Origin: an uncultured Verrucomicrobiae bacterium | GTDB lineage: Bacteria > Verrucomicrobiota > Verrucomicrobiia > Limisphaerales > Palsa-1400 | Assembly (NCBI GenBank): GCA_963707025.1 | Contig: CAVPOM010000012.1 | Location: 192,001-256,000 of the forward strand | Direction of reading: 5' to 3' | DNA: 64,000 bases | Shown here: positions 45,792 to 56,855 of the stretch, one piece after another | Layout: each line of letters begins with the position of its first letter | Position numbering within the stretch: the first letter of the stretch is position 1 | Translations under genes and position numbers: made by a program | Notes under the pieces: model-generated | Databases searched by the model: none | What the model was told of the DNA's origin: nothing | What the model saw: only the letters and a program-made list of their open reading frames with translations

Positions 45792-48676
45792 ATGAACCTC
45801 GCCGCGCCACAGAAGCCCTGTTCTTTGAACCCGCATATTGAAATCCGGCCATATCCTGCCCGCCTTCAATCATCGTCATGCTGGCGCAGCGTCCTGGCTT
45901 TGTTGGCCGCGCCTTTGGCGGCCGGACTGTTGGCGGGATGCATGGGTTCGCAGGGCGGCGGCGGCGCCGCTCCGACGACCCCGGCCGATGGCCTGGGCGA
46001 AGTGACTCTGGGGGCAGGCTGGCAGATGCAGGAAGCGGGCCAGGTGGCGGAGACCCGTGGCGAAGCCATCTCCCAGCCCGGCTACGCGCCCAGGAATTGG
46101 CATCCCGCCACCGTGCCGGGGACGGTCCTGACAACGCTGGTCAACAATAAGGTTTATCCGGAACCGCTCTGGGGCGAGAACAATCGTCCCAACCTCATTC
46201 CAGAGACGCTTTGCCGCAGCTCCTATTGGTACCGCGTCCCGTTCACCGTCCCGGCCAGCCATGCCGGCAAACGGACCTGGCTGAATTTCCACGGCATCAA
46301 CTACATGGCCGAGGTCTTCGTCAACGGCCACAAGGCGGGCGACATCAAAGGCGCGTTTGTGCGCGGGCTTTTTGACGTGACGCCCTTCGTGCAGCCCGGC
46401 GCGGCGGCAGTGCTGGCCGTCCATATCCTGCCTCCCCTGCATCCTGGCAACCCGCAGGAACAAACCGTGGAACTGGGGCTGGGACCCAATGGCGGCGATT
46501 TGACGCAGGACGGGCCGACCTTTGTGGCCTCGGTGGGCTGGGATTGGATTCCGGCCATTCGCGACCGGGAGATGGGCCTTTGGCAGAAGGTCACCCTCAC
46601 CTCCAGCGGCCCGGTGGTCTTGCGCAATCCGCTCATCACTTCCGATTTGCCCCTTCCGCGAACCGACTCGGCGGATTTGAATCTTGAAGTCACGGTGAAA
46701 AACCTGACCGACGCGCCGCAAACCGGCCTGCTGCGCGGCTCCTTCGGCGGCGCCAGCTTCCAGGTGCCCGTCTCGCTTGCCCCCGGGGAATCCAAGCTTG
46801 TCAAGTTGACGCCTCTGGAAACGCCGCAGTTGCATGTCCCCAACCCGCGCCTGTGGTGGCCCAACGGCTACGGCGATCCCAGTTTATACACCATGCGCTT
46901 GCGGTTTGAGGTTGGCGGCGGGATTTCCGACCGTCAAGATTTCAACTTTGGCATTCGCAAAATTCAGGTACCGAAGTGCCGGACTCGGAGTTTCTCACCC
47001 TCTCGGTCAACGGGGTGCGGGTCTTCTGCCAGGGCGGCTGCTGGGGATTTGACGAGGCCTTGAAACGCAGCCCGCGCCCGCGCCTGGAAGCCCAAATCCG
47101 CTTCCAGAAGGAAGCCCATTACGTCATGCTCCGCAACTGGGTCGGCCAAAGCACCAGCGATGATTTCTATGACCTGTGCGACCGCGCCGGGCTGATGGTC
47201 TGGGACGAATTCTTCGAGGCCAACAAGAGCGATGGTCCGGCCGCGACCGACGTGGACCTCTATCTGGCCAACGTCCGCGACAAAGTGCTGCGCTATCGCA
47301 ATCACCCTTGCATCGCCCTGTGGTGCGGACGCAATGAGAGCGACCCGGCGCCGCCGGCGCTGGCCGCGGGCGTTTCCAACTTGATGAAGGAATTGGAGCC
47401 GTCCCGGATTTACCATGCCAACTCCGACGAAGGCCACGGCGTGCATTCCGGCGGGCCATATTCGTGGCGCCCGCCCGCCGCCTTCTACAATTACCCCACC
47501 TCGGGACGGGGCGTGGAAGTGTTCAAGACCGAGATCGGCTGCGTCTCCATTCCGACCCGGGAGAGCATCCTGGCCTGGATGCCGGAGAAGGACACGGCTT
47601 CCTTTCCCAACGACGATTGGGCCGAGCATGATCTGGCCCGCGGCAACAACAACGGCGATACTTACGTCAGCACGATTGGCGCGCGCTACGGCAACCTTTC
47701 CGGCGCGAACTTCTCCCTGGCCAAATTCGTGCATGAGGCGCAAATGGCCAACTACGAGGCCTACCGCGCCCTCTATGAAGGGCGGGAGGCCAAATTATTC
47801 ACCGGCAGCACGGCGGCCCTGACCTGGATGAGCAACCCCGCCCAACCCAGCACCTGCTGGCAGATTTACAGCTATGACCTCGAACCGTTCGGCTCCTTCT
47901 TCGGCGCCCGCAAAGCTTGCGAACCCGTCCACGTCATGATGAATCAAGCCACTTTCGAACTCATGGTCATCAACCAGACCCCCAAAGCGCTGAGCGGCTT
48001 GACGGCTCGCGTCCGCGTCATCAATATGGACGGCTCCGTCGCCAGCGACAAGGCCACCCCGGTTTCCGCCCAACCCAGCAGCGCCACCCACCTTGGAGCC
48101 ATTGAGTTTCCGGCCGGCCTCTCCGCCGTGCATTTCGTCAAAACCGAACTCCACGACGCGCACGGCCGGCTGGTTTCAGACAACTTCTACTGGCGCGGCC
48201 TTAGCCCCAACGATCTCACCGCGCTGAACGACCTTCCGCCCGCCCCCATTGAAGCCAAGATACGCCGTTACGATGCCACACCCGCAGCAACCCCATCCCC
48301 GCCAGGGTGGAACCGCTCAGCCCCCATTGAAGCCCCTGTCCGCCATCCCGATGCCGCCGGCAAATGCCTCCTCGACGTCACCCTCTCCAACCCCTCCCAA
48401 GTCGTGGCCCTGATGACTCACATCCAACTGCGCAAACAACATTCCAACGAGCGCGTGCTGCCCGTCTATTACGACGACAACTACATCTCGCTCTTGCCGG
48501 GGGAGAGCAGAACCATCCATGTGGAAGCGGCCTCCAAGGATCTGGGCGGGGACAATCCCCTGATCGTGGTGGACGGCTGGAATCCCGTCGTGCAGAGCCG
48601 CAGCTTCAGCGGCGGGGTGAGCATCGCGCCCAACACCCCCGCCCTGGTCATCAGCGCTCCCGCCGCCAAACTCTAA
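45792..48676 (+). CDS. GH2-family glycoside hydrolase lipoprotein (beta-mannosidase/exo-beta-glucosaminidase-like), frameshifted near 46968
   Basis: LLAGC lipobox, GWDWIP, PRLWWPNGYG, FGIRKI, then NGVRVFCQGG and LWCGRNE in a second frame. Confidence 0.85.
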
Positions 48677-48696
48677 TCAACCTTAAGGCCTTGTTT

Positions 48697-49695
48697 ATGA
48701 ACACTAAATCCAATCGCAGAAGTTTCCTGAAAAAATCGGCCGCCGCCACCCTGTCGGCCCCGCTTATCATGAGCCTGGAAGAATACGCGCTGGCAGGCCA
48801 GGGCAGCGCCGCCGCGTCGCCCACGGCCGCGCCTTCCTCCAAGGCCACGCTGCCCGCCGGCATGATTGGCAAAGTCAAGGTCAGCCGGCTGATCTGCGGC
48901 GGCAACCTCATCAACGGCTACGCTCATAGCCGCGACTTGATTTACGTCTCTTCCTTGCTCAAGCACTATTTCACCGACGAGAAGATCATCGAAACCTGGT
49001 CCCTCTGCGAGCAGCACGGCATCAATACCATGATTCTCTTCCCTGGGGATCCGCAAGCGGTCAGCCTTTACCAGAAATATCGCGCCCAGGGGGGCGGCAT
49101 TCAGTATCTGGCGCAAATCGCCCCGGACAAGGACGATCTGAAAACCGAGGTGCTGCGCGCCCGGGACGCCGGGGCGGTGGGCGCCTTTCTGGTGGGCAAC
49201 CTGGGCGATGCCTGGACGCGCGAAGACGGCCTCCAGTTGATCGGCCAGTTGCTGTCCAATATCAAGGCGCAGGGCCTGATTGCCGGCATGGCCGCCCACG
49301 AGCTGCGCAGTGTCCAGGCCGTCGAGAAGGCCGGTCTGGCCCCGGATTTTTACATGAAGACCCTGCACGACACCAATTATTGGTCCGCGCGCCTGCCCGA
49401 CCAGCTCCAAGAGGTGATTGATAATTACGCCACGGACAACTACTGGTGCAAAGATCCCAAGGAGACGATCGCTTTCATGTCCGAAGTCGCGCGCCCCTGG
49501 ATCGCCTATAAGGTGCTGGCGGCGGGCGCGATCAATCCCCGCTCAGGATTCAACCATGCGTTTGAAAATGGCGCCGATTTCGCCGCCGTGGGCATGTTCG
49601 ACTTTCAGATTGCCGAGGACGTTGCCGCGGCCAATGCGGTTCTGAAAACGACGCAAAACCGCGACCGAAAATGGTACGGCTCAAATAACGTGTGA
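48697..49695 (+). CDS. Tat-exported aldo/keto-reductase-like protein
   Basis: NRRSFLK twin-arginine signal; VSRLICGGN; YKVLAAGAI. Confidence 0.75.
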   Translation: MNTKSNRRSFLKKSAAATLSAPLIMSLEEYALAGQGSAAASPTAAPSSKATLPAGMIGKVKVSRLICGGNLINGYAHSRDLIYVSSLLKHYFTDEKIIETWSLCEQHGINTMILFPGDPQAVSLYQKYRAQGGGIQYLAQIAPDKDDLKTEVLRARDAGAVGAFLVGNLGDAWTREDGLQLIGQLLSNIKAQGLIAGMAAHELRSVQAVEKAGLAPDFYMKTLHDTNYWSARLPDQLQEVIDNYATDNYWCKDPKETIAFMSEVARPWIAYKVLAAGAINPRSGFNHAFENGADFAAVGMFDFQIAEDVAAANAVLKTTQNRDRKWYGSNNV

Positions 49696-50059
49696 TGCAA
49701 GGAGAGAACTTCGCCGACGAATTCGCCCTCTACGCCATCCATCTTTACAAGCTTTCACCATAAGGCCCTGGCGCCCTTCGCCCTGGGTTTGCCGGAGGGC
49801 AGGAGTCTGGCAGTCCATTCAACCTGTCCTTGAACCCGTGTCATCAATTGGCCGCGCTGGCGGCGCGCCGGGCCGCCCCAAAGCGGCTGCCGTTATTATT
49901 CATCATGGCTCCCCACCCCGGGGCCAGCAAAAAATTCCCGAAAAGAGGGCTTGCCAAGCGGGCGGGGACTGACTACCTTTCCCAACTATTTTGCGGACGC
50001 CGTGTGGACGGCGGGCGGTAATAACCCGTGGCTCCGCGCCGCCACGCAATGACAAAATT

Positions 50060-50311
50060 ATGGCAGTCAGAATTCGCATGAAGCGGGTGGGAGCCAAGAA
50101 TGCTCCTTATTTCCGCATCGTGGTGGCCGATTCCCGCAGTCCCCGCGACGGCAAATTTATCGAGGAGATCGGCACCTATCAGCCCCGCAAAAAGGGGGAG
50201 AATGTGCAGGTGGATGTGGAACGGGCCAAGTATTGGATCAGCAAAGGCGCGCAACCCAGCGGCACGGTTTCCAGCTTTTTGAAGAGACTGGGCAAGGCGG
50301 CGGCAGCTTGA
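50060..50311 (+). CDS. rpsP: 30S ribosomal protein S16
   Basis: MAVRIRMKRVG..FRIVVADSRSPRDGKFIEEIG. Confidence 0.97.
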   Translation: MAVRIRMKRVGAKNAPYFRIVVADSRSPRDGKFIEEIGTYQPRKKGENVQVDVERAKYWISKGAQPSGTVSSFLKRLGKAAAA

Positions 50312-50324
50312 TCTTTACCGGCCT

Positions 50325-50570
50325 ATGCAAGCGTTCCTGGAATTTGTCGTCAAAGGATTGGTGGATCATCCCGAACAAGCCACGGTCACTCCGGTGGTCA
50401 AGGATGCGCTGACGATTTATGAGGTGCGCCTGCATCCGGACGACGTGGGAAAAGTGATCGGACGCCAGGGCATCACGATCAACGCCATCCGCTCGCTCCT
50501 GCTGGCCGGCAGCGCCAAGAAGGGGCAGCGTTGCACCATGGAAATCGTGGAGGACAAACCGCGGCCCTGA
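50325..50570 (+). CDS. khpA: KH-domain RNA-binding protein
   Basis: [10 protein letters not shown]; position after rpsP. Confidence 0.9.
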   Translation: MQAFLEFVVKGLVDHPEQATVTPVVKDALTIYEVRLHPDDVGKVIGRQGITINAIRSLLLAGSAKKGQRCTMEIVEDKPRP

Positions 50571-50605
50571 GGCCGCGGACGCCGCGAGGGCGCCCCGGCG
50601 CGAGC

Positions 50606-51289
50606 ATGAAAATTGAGGTGCTCACCCTGTTCCCGGAAATGTTCACCGGGCCGATGGACGCCAGCATCATCCAGCGGGCGCGCCAGACCGGATTGTTGGA
50701 TTTGCGCGTGCATAATTTGCGCGATTATGCGCGCGACCATTACAAATCGGTGGATGACCGGCCCTTCGGGGGCGGGCCGGGAATGGTGCTGAAATGCGAG
50801 CCGGTTTTTGCGGCTCTGGAGGCGCTGGCCGGCGCGGAGACGCGGGTGGTCTTGCTCAGTCCGGCCGGACGGCTCTTCCGGCAGACGGTGGCGCGGGAAT
50901 TGGCGGCCTGCCCGGCTTTGCTTTTTATTTGCGGGGCCTACGAGGGTGTGGATGAACGCATCTGCCAGGAGTGGGTGGACGACGAATTGTCCGTGGGCGA
51001 TTATGTGCTGACCAACGGGACGCTGGCGGCCATGGTGGTGATTGACGCGGTGACGCGCCTGCTGCCCGGGGCGCTGGGCGATGAGCAGAGCGTGGTGGAC
51101 GAATCCTTCAGCCGGGGGCTGCTGGAGTATCCCCACTATACGCGGCCGGCGGACTTCCGCGGGATGAAAGTGCCGCCTGTCTTGTTATCGGGCAACCACG
51201 CGGCGATTGAGAAATGGCGCCGGGAACAGGCCCTGGCGCGCACGGCGCAACGGCGGCCCGATTTGGCCGGGAAAGATCAGATTTTATGA
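50606..51289 (+). CDS. trmD: tRNA (guanine37-N1)-methyltransferase
   Basis: [36 protein letters not shown]. Confidence 0.97.
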   Translation: MKIEVLTLFPEMFTGPMDASIIQRARQTGLLDLRVHNLRDYARDHYKSVDDRPFGGGPGMVLKCEPVFAALEALAGAETRVVLLSPAGRLFRQTVARELAACPALLFICGAYEGVDERICQEWVDDELSVGDYVLTNGTLAAMVVIDAVTRLLPGALGDEQSVVDESFSRGLLEYPHYTRPADFRGMKVPPVLLSGNHAAIEKWRREQALARTAQRRPDLAGKDQIL

Positions 51290-51744
51290 ACCAGATATTA
51301 TTAGACAAAATTGAAGCGGAACAGTATCGCAAAGAACCGGCGGTTTTTGCGGTGGGTGACAGCGTGCGCGTCCATACCAAAGTGGTCGAAGGCGACAAGG
51401 AACGCATCCAGATTTTTGCCGGGGTGGTGATTGGCCGGCGGGGGCACGGATTGAATTCCACCTTCACCGTGCGCCGCATCAGTTATGGCGAGGGCGTGGA
51501 GCGTGTTTTTCCTGAGCATTCGCCCCGCGTCGAAAAGGTGGAAGTCGAGCGCAAAGGCTCGGTCCGCCGCGCCAAACTGACCTATCTGCGCCAGCGCATC
51601 GGCAAGAGCGCCACTCTGGTCAAGGAAAAAGAAGGCCGCGTGGTCAAAGCAGCGCCCGCCCGGGCCGCAGAGGCTCCGGCGGCGGAGCCGGCCCCGGCCC
51701 CGGCGCCGCAAGCCGCGGCCGCGGCTGCCGGTCCCGCCAAGTAG
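51286..51744 (+). CDS. rplS: 50S ribosomal protein L19
   Basis: [35 protein letters not shown]. Confidence 0.97.
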   Translation: MNQILLDKIEAEQYRKEPAVFAVGDSVRVHTKVVEGDKERIQIFAGVVIGRRGHGLNSTFTVRRISYGEGVERVFPEHSPRVEKVEVERKGSVRRAKLTYLRQRIGKSATLVKEKEGRVVKAAPARAAEAPAAEPAPAPAPQAAAAAAGPAK

Positions 51745-51782
51745 GGCCAAGGGGCCGGGCGCCAAGGTACCTTCCCGGCCGC

Positions 51783-52610
51783 TTACCAGGATTGCCGCAA
51801 CATCTGCGGCGTCAAGCCTTTGGCCCGCAGACTCCTCAGGCTCAGCGCGTCATGCCGCTTGGCTAGGCGCACACCGGCGTCGTCCGTCACCAGCGGGCAG
51901 TGATAAAAGGACGGGGGCGTCAATTCCAGCGCGCGATAAAGCAATAGTTGACGCGCGGTGGAAAGGAGCAAGTCCGCGCCCCGCACCACCTCGGTGATCT
52001 GCATGGCCGCGTCATCCACCACCACCGCCAGTTGATAGGAGGGCACATCGTCGTGCCGCCAGACCGGAAAATCGCCAAAATCCCGGCCGGCCAGGAATTG
52101 TTGACTGCCGAAGAAGCCGTCGGCAAAACAGATCCCCTCCCCGTCCGGCACGCGGAAGCGCCAGTTGGCCCCTGGGGCGGCGGCGACCTCAAATGTCGTT
52201 CCCGGCGCGGGCCGGCAAGTCCCCGGGTAAACCGGTCCCTCTTCCCCGGCGTGGGGCGCTTGCAAGGCGCGCAGCACATCCCGCCGCGAACAACGGCACG
52301 GATAAATCCAGCCGGCCCGGCCCAGTTTTTCCAGCGCGGCGCGATAAAAACGGCCGCGCTCGCTTTGCGCGTAGGGGCCGAAGGGTCCGCCGCAGTCCGG
52401 CCCCTCTTGCCAGCGGAAGCCGAACCAGCGCAAGTCCTCCATCATGGCGTCCACAAACTCCAGGCGAAACCGCCGGGCGTCCATGTCTTCATTGCGGAGA
52501 ACCAGTGTGCCGGCCGCGGCTTCGGCCCGCTGCTGGGCGGTCCAAAATGTCCGGGCATGGCCTAGGTGCAGGTAACCCGTCGGCGAAGGCGCTAATCGTC
52601 CGCGATACAT
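51783..52610 (-). CDS. gluQ: Glutamyl-Q tRNA(Asp) synthetase
   Basis: RLAPSPTGYLHLGH, YQLAVVVDD, RLAKR; no anticodon-binding domain. Confidence 0.92.
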   Translation of the reverse strand: MYRGRLAPSPTGYLHLGHARTFWTAQQRAEAAAGTLVLRNEDMDARRFRLEFVDAMMEDLRWFGFRWQEGPDCGGPFGPYAQSERGRFYRAALEKLGRAGWIYPCRCSRRDVLRALQAPHAGEEGPVYPGTCRPAPGTTFEVAAAPGANWRFRVPDGEGICFADGFFGSQQFLAGRDFGDFPVWRHDDVPSYQLAVVVDDAAMQITEVVRGADLLLSTARQLLLYRALELTPPSFYHCPLVTDDAGVRLAKRHDALSLRSLRAKGLTPQMLRQSW

Positions 52611-52710
52611 TTAAATGAAAATTGCAGAATGCAAAACGGGAGGAATCCGCCAAAAGGCGAATTTGACCTGAAATGTGGTTGGTTGCACGGGGCCCCCCAA
52701 GGGCAGGAAC

Positions 52711-52760
52711 TGAAACTAGGTGAAACTAGGTGAAACTAGGTGAAATTAACTGAAATTGAT
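52711..52760 (+). repeat. 10-bp tandem repeat (TGAAACTAGG)3 plus two degenerate units
   Basis: Directly visible. Confidence 0.8.
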
Positions 52761-53519
52761 GTGAAAATGGGCTTGCGCTCGCTTCGCTTCGGCGCGGCCA
52801 GCGGGGTGGACCCGTCTTCGCTAAAGTTTCCGCCTTCGCTAAAGCTTCGGCGGACAGGACGGCGGACAGGAGGAGCCGGCCGAGAGAGACCGCCCCGGAC
52901 GCCGGCCCGACCTTCGCCATCCGACTCTGATTCCTCGACTCTACGTTCCTTGCAGTCACATGGAGAAGTTAATCAATTAAGGGCAGGTTGTCAAAGGAAA
53001 AATGCGAAAAAATCGGATTTTTGCAATGTCTTAATCATTAGACACTTGGGTAGCCTGCCAAGCCCATAGCGCAAAGGAAAGAGGCCAAGGGTGGCCAAGC
53101 CGCCACCAAAACCGTCCCGAAGGACAGTCTGGCGCAAAGGCGCGGAGAGGGCAGCGCGGCAACGCCGCACCGGAATCCGGAATTGCCTGCAGGCTGAAGG
53201 CCGGCTTACCACACACATTAACGGAGCTACGGAAAAGAGAAATCAATCTGCGCCCATCTGCGTGATCTTTGGGCGGCCTAAAGAAGCGATTAAACGTAAC
53301 CATTGATTATCCTGATGTCGCGATTGAAATTATCAATTAACACCATTGAGCAGGGTGAGTTATCTTTGGAGCCATGAGAACAAAACGCAATTCATTCTGC
53401 CGGAGGAAGGACCGTCTGGGGCGGCGGCTCAACCGGATCCGGCAAGGACTCATGAACGTCGGAAGCAAAAGAAGAAGAATCAAGACCGTCATGTTACCAG
53501 GGTTGACCATTTCACCTTC

Positions 53520-54053
53520 ATGAAAACTTGCCGTCTTTCGCTCCTTTTTCACATAATGCTGCCTGTTGCCGGAGCCTTGGTCTTCACAGGATGTATTGCC
53601 TTGAGGGATAACGTGACGTTTTTTTGGGGCCCAATCAGCTATGACGTTACTTCCAAACCGGCTTGGTGGGGTGAAATGCATCGCGGTGAAATTGTGGCCC
53701 TAAACGACGACACCCTTTTAAATGGTGGTAGGCTTACGCTTGGAGCGTATAAAGAAACTGGCACTTATAGTTCTGGTGCCATTTTCAAGCGGAGCATTAC
53801 GGTGGAAATGTTCAAAGCCAATCCGGGGAAATATTGGGAAGACCTGCATCTGCTTCCAAAGGGAACGAGGTTTCGATGTAAGAAGCTGGAACGCTTCTTT
53901 TCAAGCAACACACGCGATTATATTATCACCGCAGAAATTCTCGATGGAGAATTCAATGGCAAAACTGCTTCCATCGAGCCTTATGGTGGCAACCCGGACA
54001 AAAAAGGAAGCATGAAATTAGGGCCGAATTGCCTGGTGCATGCTGTGGAATAG
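53520..54053 (+). CDS. Hypothetical lipoprotein
   Basis: Lipobox VFTGC; lower GC than the flanks. Confidence 0.65.
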   Translation: MKTCRLSLLFHIMLPVAGALVFTGCIALRDNVTFFWGPISYDVTSKPAWWGEMHRGEIVALNDDTLLNGGRLTLGAYKETGTYSSGAIFKRSITVEMFKANPGKYWEDLHLLPKGTRFRCKKLERFFSSNTRDYIITAEILDGEFNGKTASIEPYGGNPDKKGSMKLGPNCLVHAVE

Positions 54054-54205
54054 GAAGCACGGCCTGATTTGCGATTGGAAAGGTGACTGGATTCACCAGG
54101 ATTGAAGATCTTGGCGCAATTGTTTTGCCGATGAGGCTACGAATTCGTCTTCCCAGCTCTGCGTGATCCGGCCCAGGACAGGGCAAGGCCACCAGCGGTG
54201 CAGCC

Positions 54206-54276
54206 CAAAAGTTATTCAACGTCGGCTGCGGAGAGCGCCTTCAGAGGTTCTCCTCCCCGCCGTTGAATAACTTTGG
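54206..54276. repeat. Short element with terminal inverted repeats (MITE/REP-like)
   Basis: AAAGTTATTCAACG ... CGTTGAATAACTTT. Confidence 0.55.
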
Positions 54277-54345
54277 AAAAGCTACAGGGGTAGTTTAATC
54301 CTCACAACGATGCGCTGAATGATTTTATCGCGCCGGGATGATAAA

Positions 54346-56790
54346 TCAGGATTCGCGGATGGTGGCACGGAGGGATTGCTTGAATTGTTCCACCAGCTTT
54401 TCGTGGGCGGCGTTGACTTCGGCGTCGGTCAGGGTGCGGTCGGCATGGCGGTAGGTGAAGGCGTAGGCGACGCTCTTTTGGCCCAGGGCCATGTTTTTGC
54501 CGCGGAAGATGTCGAAGAGTTCCACTTTTTCGAGGTTGGCCGGCTTGACTTGTTTGACCAGGCTGGTCACGGCCTGGTGGGTGGTGGCTTCGGGCACGAG
54601 CATGGCCACGTCGCGGCGGATGGCCGGGAATTGAGGCAGCGATTTGAACGATTGGGAGGAAATGCGGCGCACGAGCAGTTCGTCGAAATCCAGTTCGGCG
54701 AGGAGAACGGGGTCGCGCAAATCATATTGGCGGGCGAGAGCGGGAGCCAGTTGGCCGATTTCGCCCAGAGCAAGTTTGCCCAGGCCAAAGGAGGCGGATT
54801 CAAGATAGAATGAGCGGCTCTGTTCCTGGCGCGACCAGGTGACACCGCGCAGGCCGAATTGGTCCAGGAATTCCTCCAGCGCGCCTTTCAAATCGAAAAG
54901 GTTGCAGCGGGCGTCGCGGTCCGCGCCGTCCCAAAACAGCGGCCAGCGCGCGCCGGTCAGGGCCAGGGCCAGGCGGCGTTGTTCCCGGGCGGTCCGGTCG
55001 GGTTGGAGGGAAAAAACACGGCCGATTTCAAAGAGTGCGACGTCGTTGTTCTTGTGGCTGAGGTTGTAACGCAAGGACTCCAGCAGTCCGGGCAGCAGGC
55101 TGGGGCGCAAGGTGTTCATGTCGCCGCTGAGGGGATGGCTCAGGGTGGCGGGCGGGGAGGCGGGATTGGCCGCCAGTTTGGCGGCGGTCTCGGAGATCAA
55201 GGTCTGGCCTTGCGCCTCGTTCAGGCCCAGGCCGGCCAGGAGGCGGCGGGCCTCGGCAATTTCGTCATGGACGGCATCGAAAGCGCTGGCGCCGACGGCG
55301 CCGCGCGGCGGGGTGGCGGGAATTTTGTCCACGCCGTAGAGACGGGCAATTTCCTCGATCAAATCGGCTTCGCGTTTTATGTCAACACGAAAACTGGGGA
55401 CCTGAAAGAGGGCGCGCGCCGGCTCCTGTGCGACGACGGCCAATTCGAGGCTTTTGAGAAAATTGACCTGGGCGGCGGCGGGAATGGGCACGCCGAGGAG
55501 TTGATCGCATTTGGCGAAGCGCAACGGGATTTGGCGGAGCGGGGCGGGACTGGGATAAGCGTCCAAAGCTTGTTCCAGCACCAGGCCGCCGGCGGTTTGG
55601 AGGATCAATTGGGCGGCGCGGCGGCCGGCCCAATCGCAAATGCCGATGTCCGATCCGCGCTCGAAGCGGTAGGAGGAATCGGTGCGCAGGTCCAGTTTCC
55701 TGGAGGTGGCGCGGATGTTTTGCGGTTTGAAACAGGCGCTTTCAATCAGCACATCCACGGTGGCGGGGTTGATTTCGCTGTTGCGCCCGCCCATGACTCC
55801 GGCCAGGGCCAGCGGCTTGGTTTCGTCGGCAATGAGCAAGGTCTGATCGTCGAGGGTGTGTTTCTTGCCGTCGAGGGTGATGAATTCCTGGCCCGGAGCG
55901 GCCCGCTGGACGACAATGGCGGGCAAGGCGCCGGGCCGGGCGGTGAGGAGCCGGAAATCAAAGGCGTGGAGGGGCTGGCCGGTTTCGAGCATGACGAAAT
56001 TGGTGACGTCCACGACGTTGCTGACGCTGCGCAAGCCGGTTTTTTCGAGGAGGGAGCGCATCCAATCCGGGCTGGGGCCGATCTTCACGCCGCGCAGGAG
56101 GCGAGCGTTGTAGCGGGGACAGAGTTCCGGGTCCTCAATCCGCACGCTGAGAAAATGGGCGATGGGTTCGGCGCTGATTTGCGCGGGAGGAAAGTGAAGC
56201 TGCGGCAGGCGCAAGGGATGGCCGGTGAGGGCGCTGATTTCCCGCGCGATGCCAATGACGCTGTTCCAGTCCGGGCGGTTGGGCGTGACTTCCAGATCAT
56301 AAACCACATCCCCCGGGGCGCGCCCGAGGAATTCGGCGAAGGGCTGTCCGACCCTGGCATCGGCGGGCAGAATCAAGAGGCCGTCCCCCTCGCCGGGCAG
56401 GCCCAGCTCGACCGGCGAGCACAACATGCCGTGGGATTCGACGCCGCGAATCTTTCCGACTTTAATGGTGAGCGGCGGCTGGCCGGTTTTGGCGGGCAGG
56501 GCGTGGCCGGGCAGAATGAGGGGGACCTTGTCGCCGGCCTTGAAGTTTTGCGCGCCGCAAACGATCTGGCGTTCACCGGCGCCGTCGTGGACGCGGCAGA
56601 GGGAAAGTTTGCCGGCGTTGGGATGCGGGTCCCGCGCGAGCACCTGGGCGACGACGACGCCGTCCAGTTCGCCGCCGACTTTTTGCATGCCCTCGACTTC
56701 GAGGCCGAGGAGGGTGAGGCGTTGGGCCAACTCTCCGGGAGACCAGTCGAAGTGGACGTATTGGCGGAGCCAGTTGAGCGTGATTTTCAT
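54346..56790 (-). CDS. pheT: Phenylalanine-tRNA ligase beta subunit
   Basis: MKITLNWL, IVCGAQN, TPNRPD, GQPLHAFD, RFERG, DLIEEIARLYG, FDX-ACB C-terminus. Confidence 0.97.
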   Translation of the reverse strand: MKITLNWLRQYVHFDWSPGELAQRLTLLGLEVEGMQKVGGELDGVVVAQVLARDPHPNAGKLSLCRVHDGAGERQIVCGAQNFKAGDKVPLILPGHALPAKTGQPPLTIKVGKIRGVESHGMLCSPVELGLPGEGDGLLILPADARVGQPFAEFLGRAPGDVVYDLEVTPNRPDWNSVIGIAREISALTGHPLRLPQLHFPPAQISAEPIAHFLSVRIEDPELCPRYNARLLRGVKIGPSPDWMRSLLEKTGLRSVSNVVDVTNFVMLETGQPLHAFDFRLLTARPGALPAIVVQRAAPGQEFITLDGKKHTLDDQTLLIADETKPLALAGVMGGRNSEINPATVDVLIESACFKPQNIRATSRKLDLRTDSSYRFERGSDIGICDWAGRRAAQLILQTAGGLVLEQALDAYPSPAPLRQIPLRFAKCDQLLGVPIPAAAQVNFLKSLELAVVAQEPARALFQVPSFRVDIKREADLIEEIARLYGVDKIPATPPRGAVGASAFDAVHDEIAEARRLLAGLGLNEAQGQTLISETAAKLAANPASPPATLSHPLSGDMNTLRPSLLPGLLESLRYNLSHKNNDVALFEIGRVFSLQPDRTAREQRRLALALTGARWPLFWDGADRDARCNLFDLKGALEEFLDQFGLRGVTWSRQEQSRSFYLESASFGLGKLALGEIGQLAPALARQYDLRDPVLLAELDFDELLVRRISSQSFKSLPQFPAIRRDVAMLVPEATTHQAVTSLVKQVKPANLEKVELFDIFRGKNMALGQKSVAYAFTYRHADRTLTDAEVNAAHEKLVEQFKQSLRATIRES

Positions 56791-56855
56791 GCCGGAGGGC
56801 GGGAATTAAATAGGATTGACAATAGGACGGGAGGGGCCGGCGGGATGGCCTGGGC

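Noticed and set aside
49760..49915. 6S-like RNA upstream of rpsP (TCCTTGAACC motif)
   Set aside because: The complementary GGTTCAA arm and the expected rod structure could not be found
50060..51744. rimM missing from the rpsP-trmD-rplS operon
   Set aside because: Operon composition varies between lineages, so this alone is not evidence of novelty
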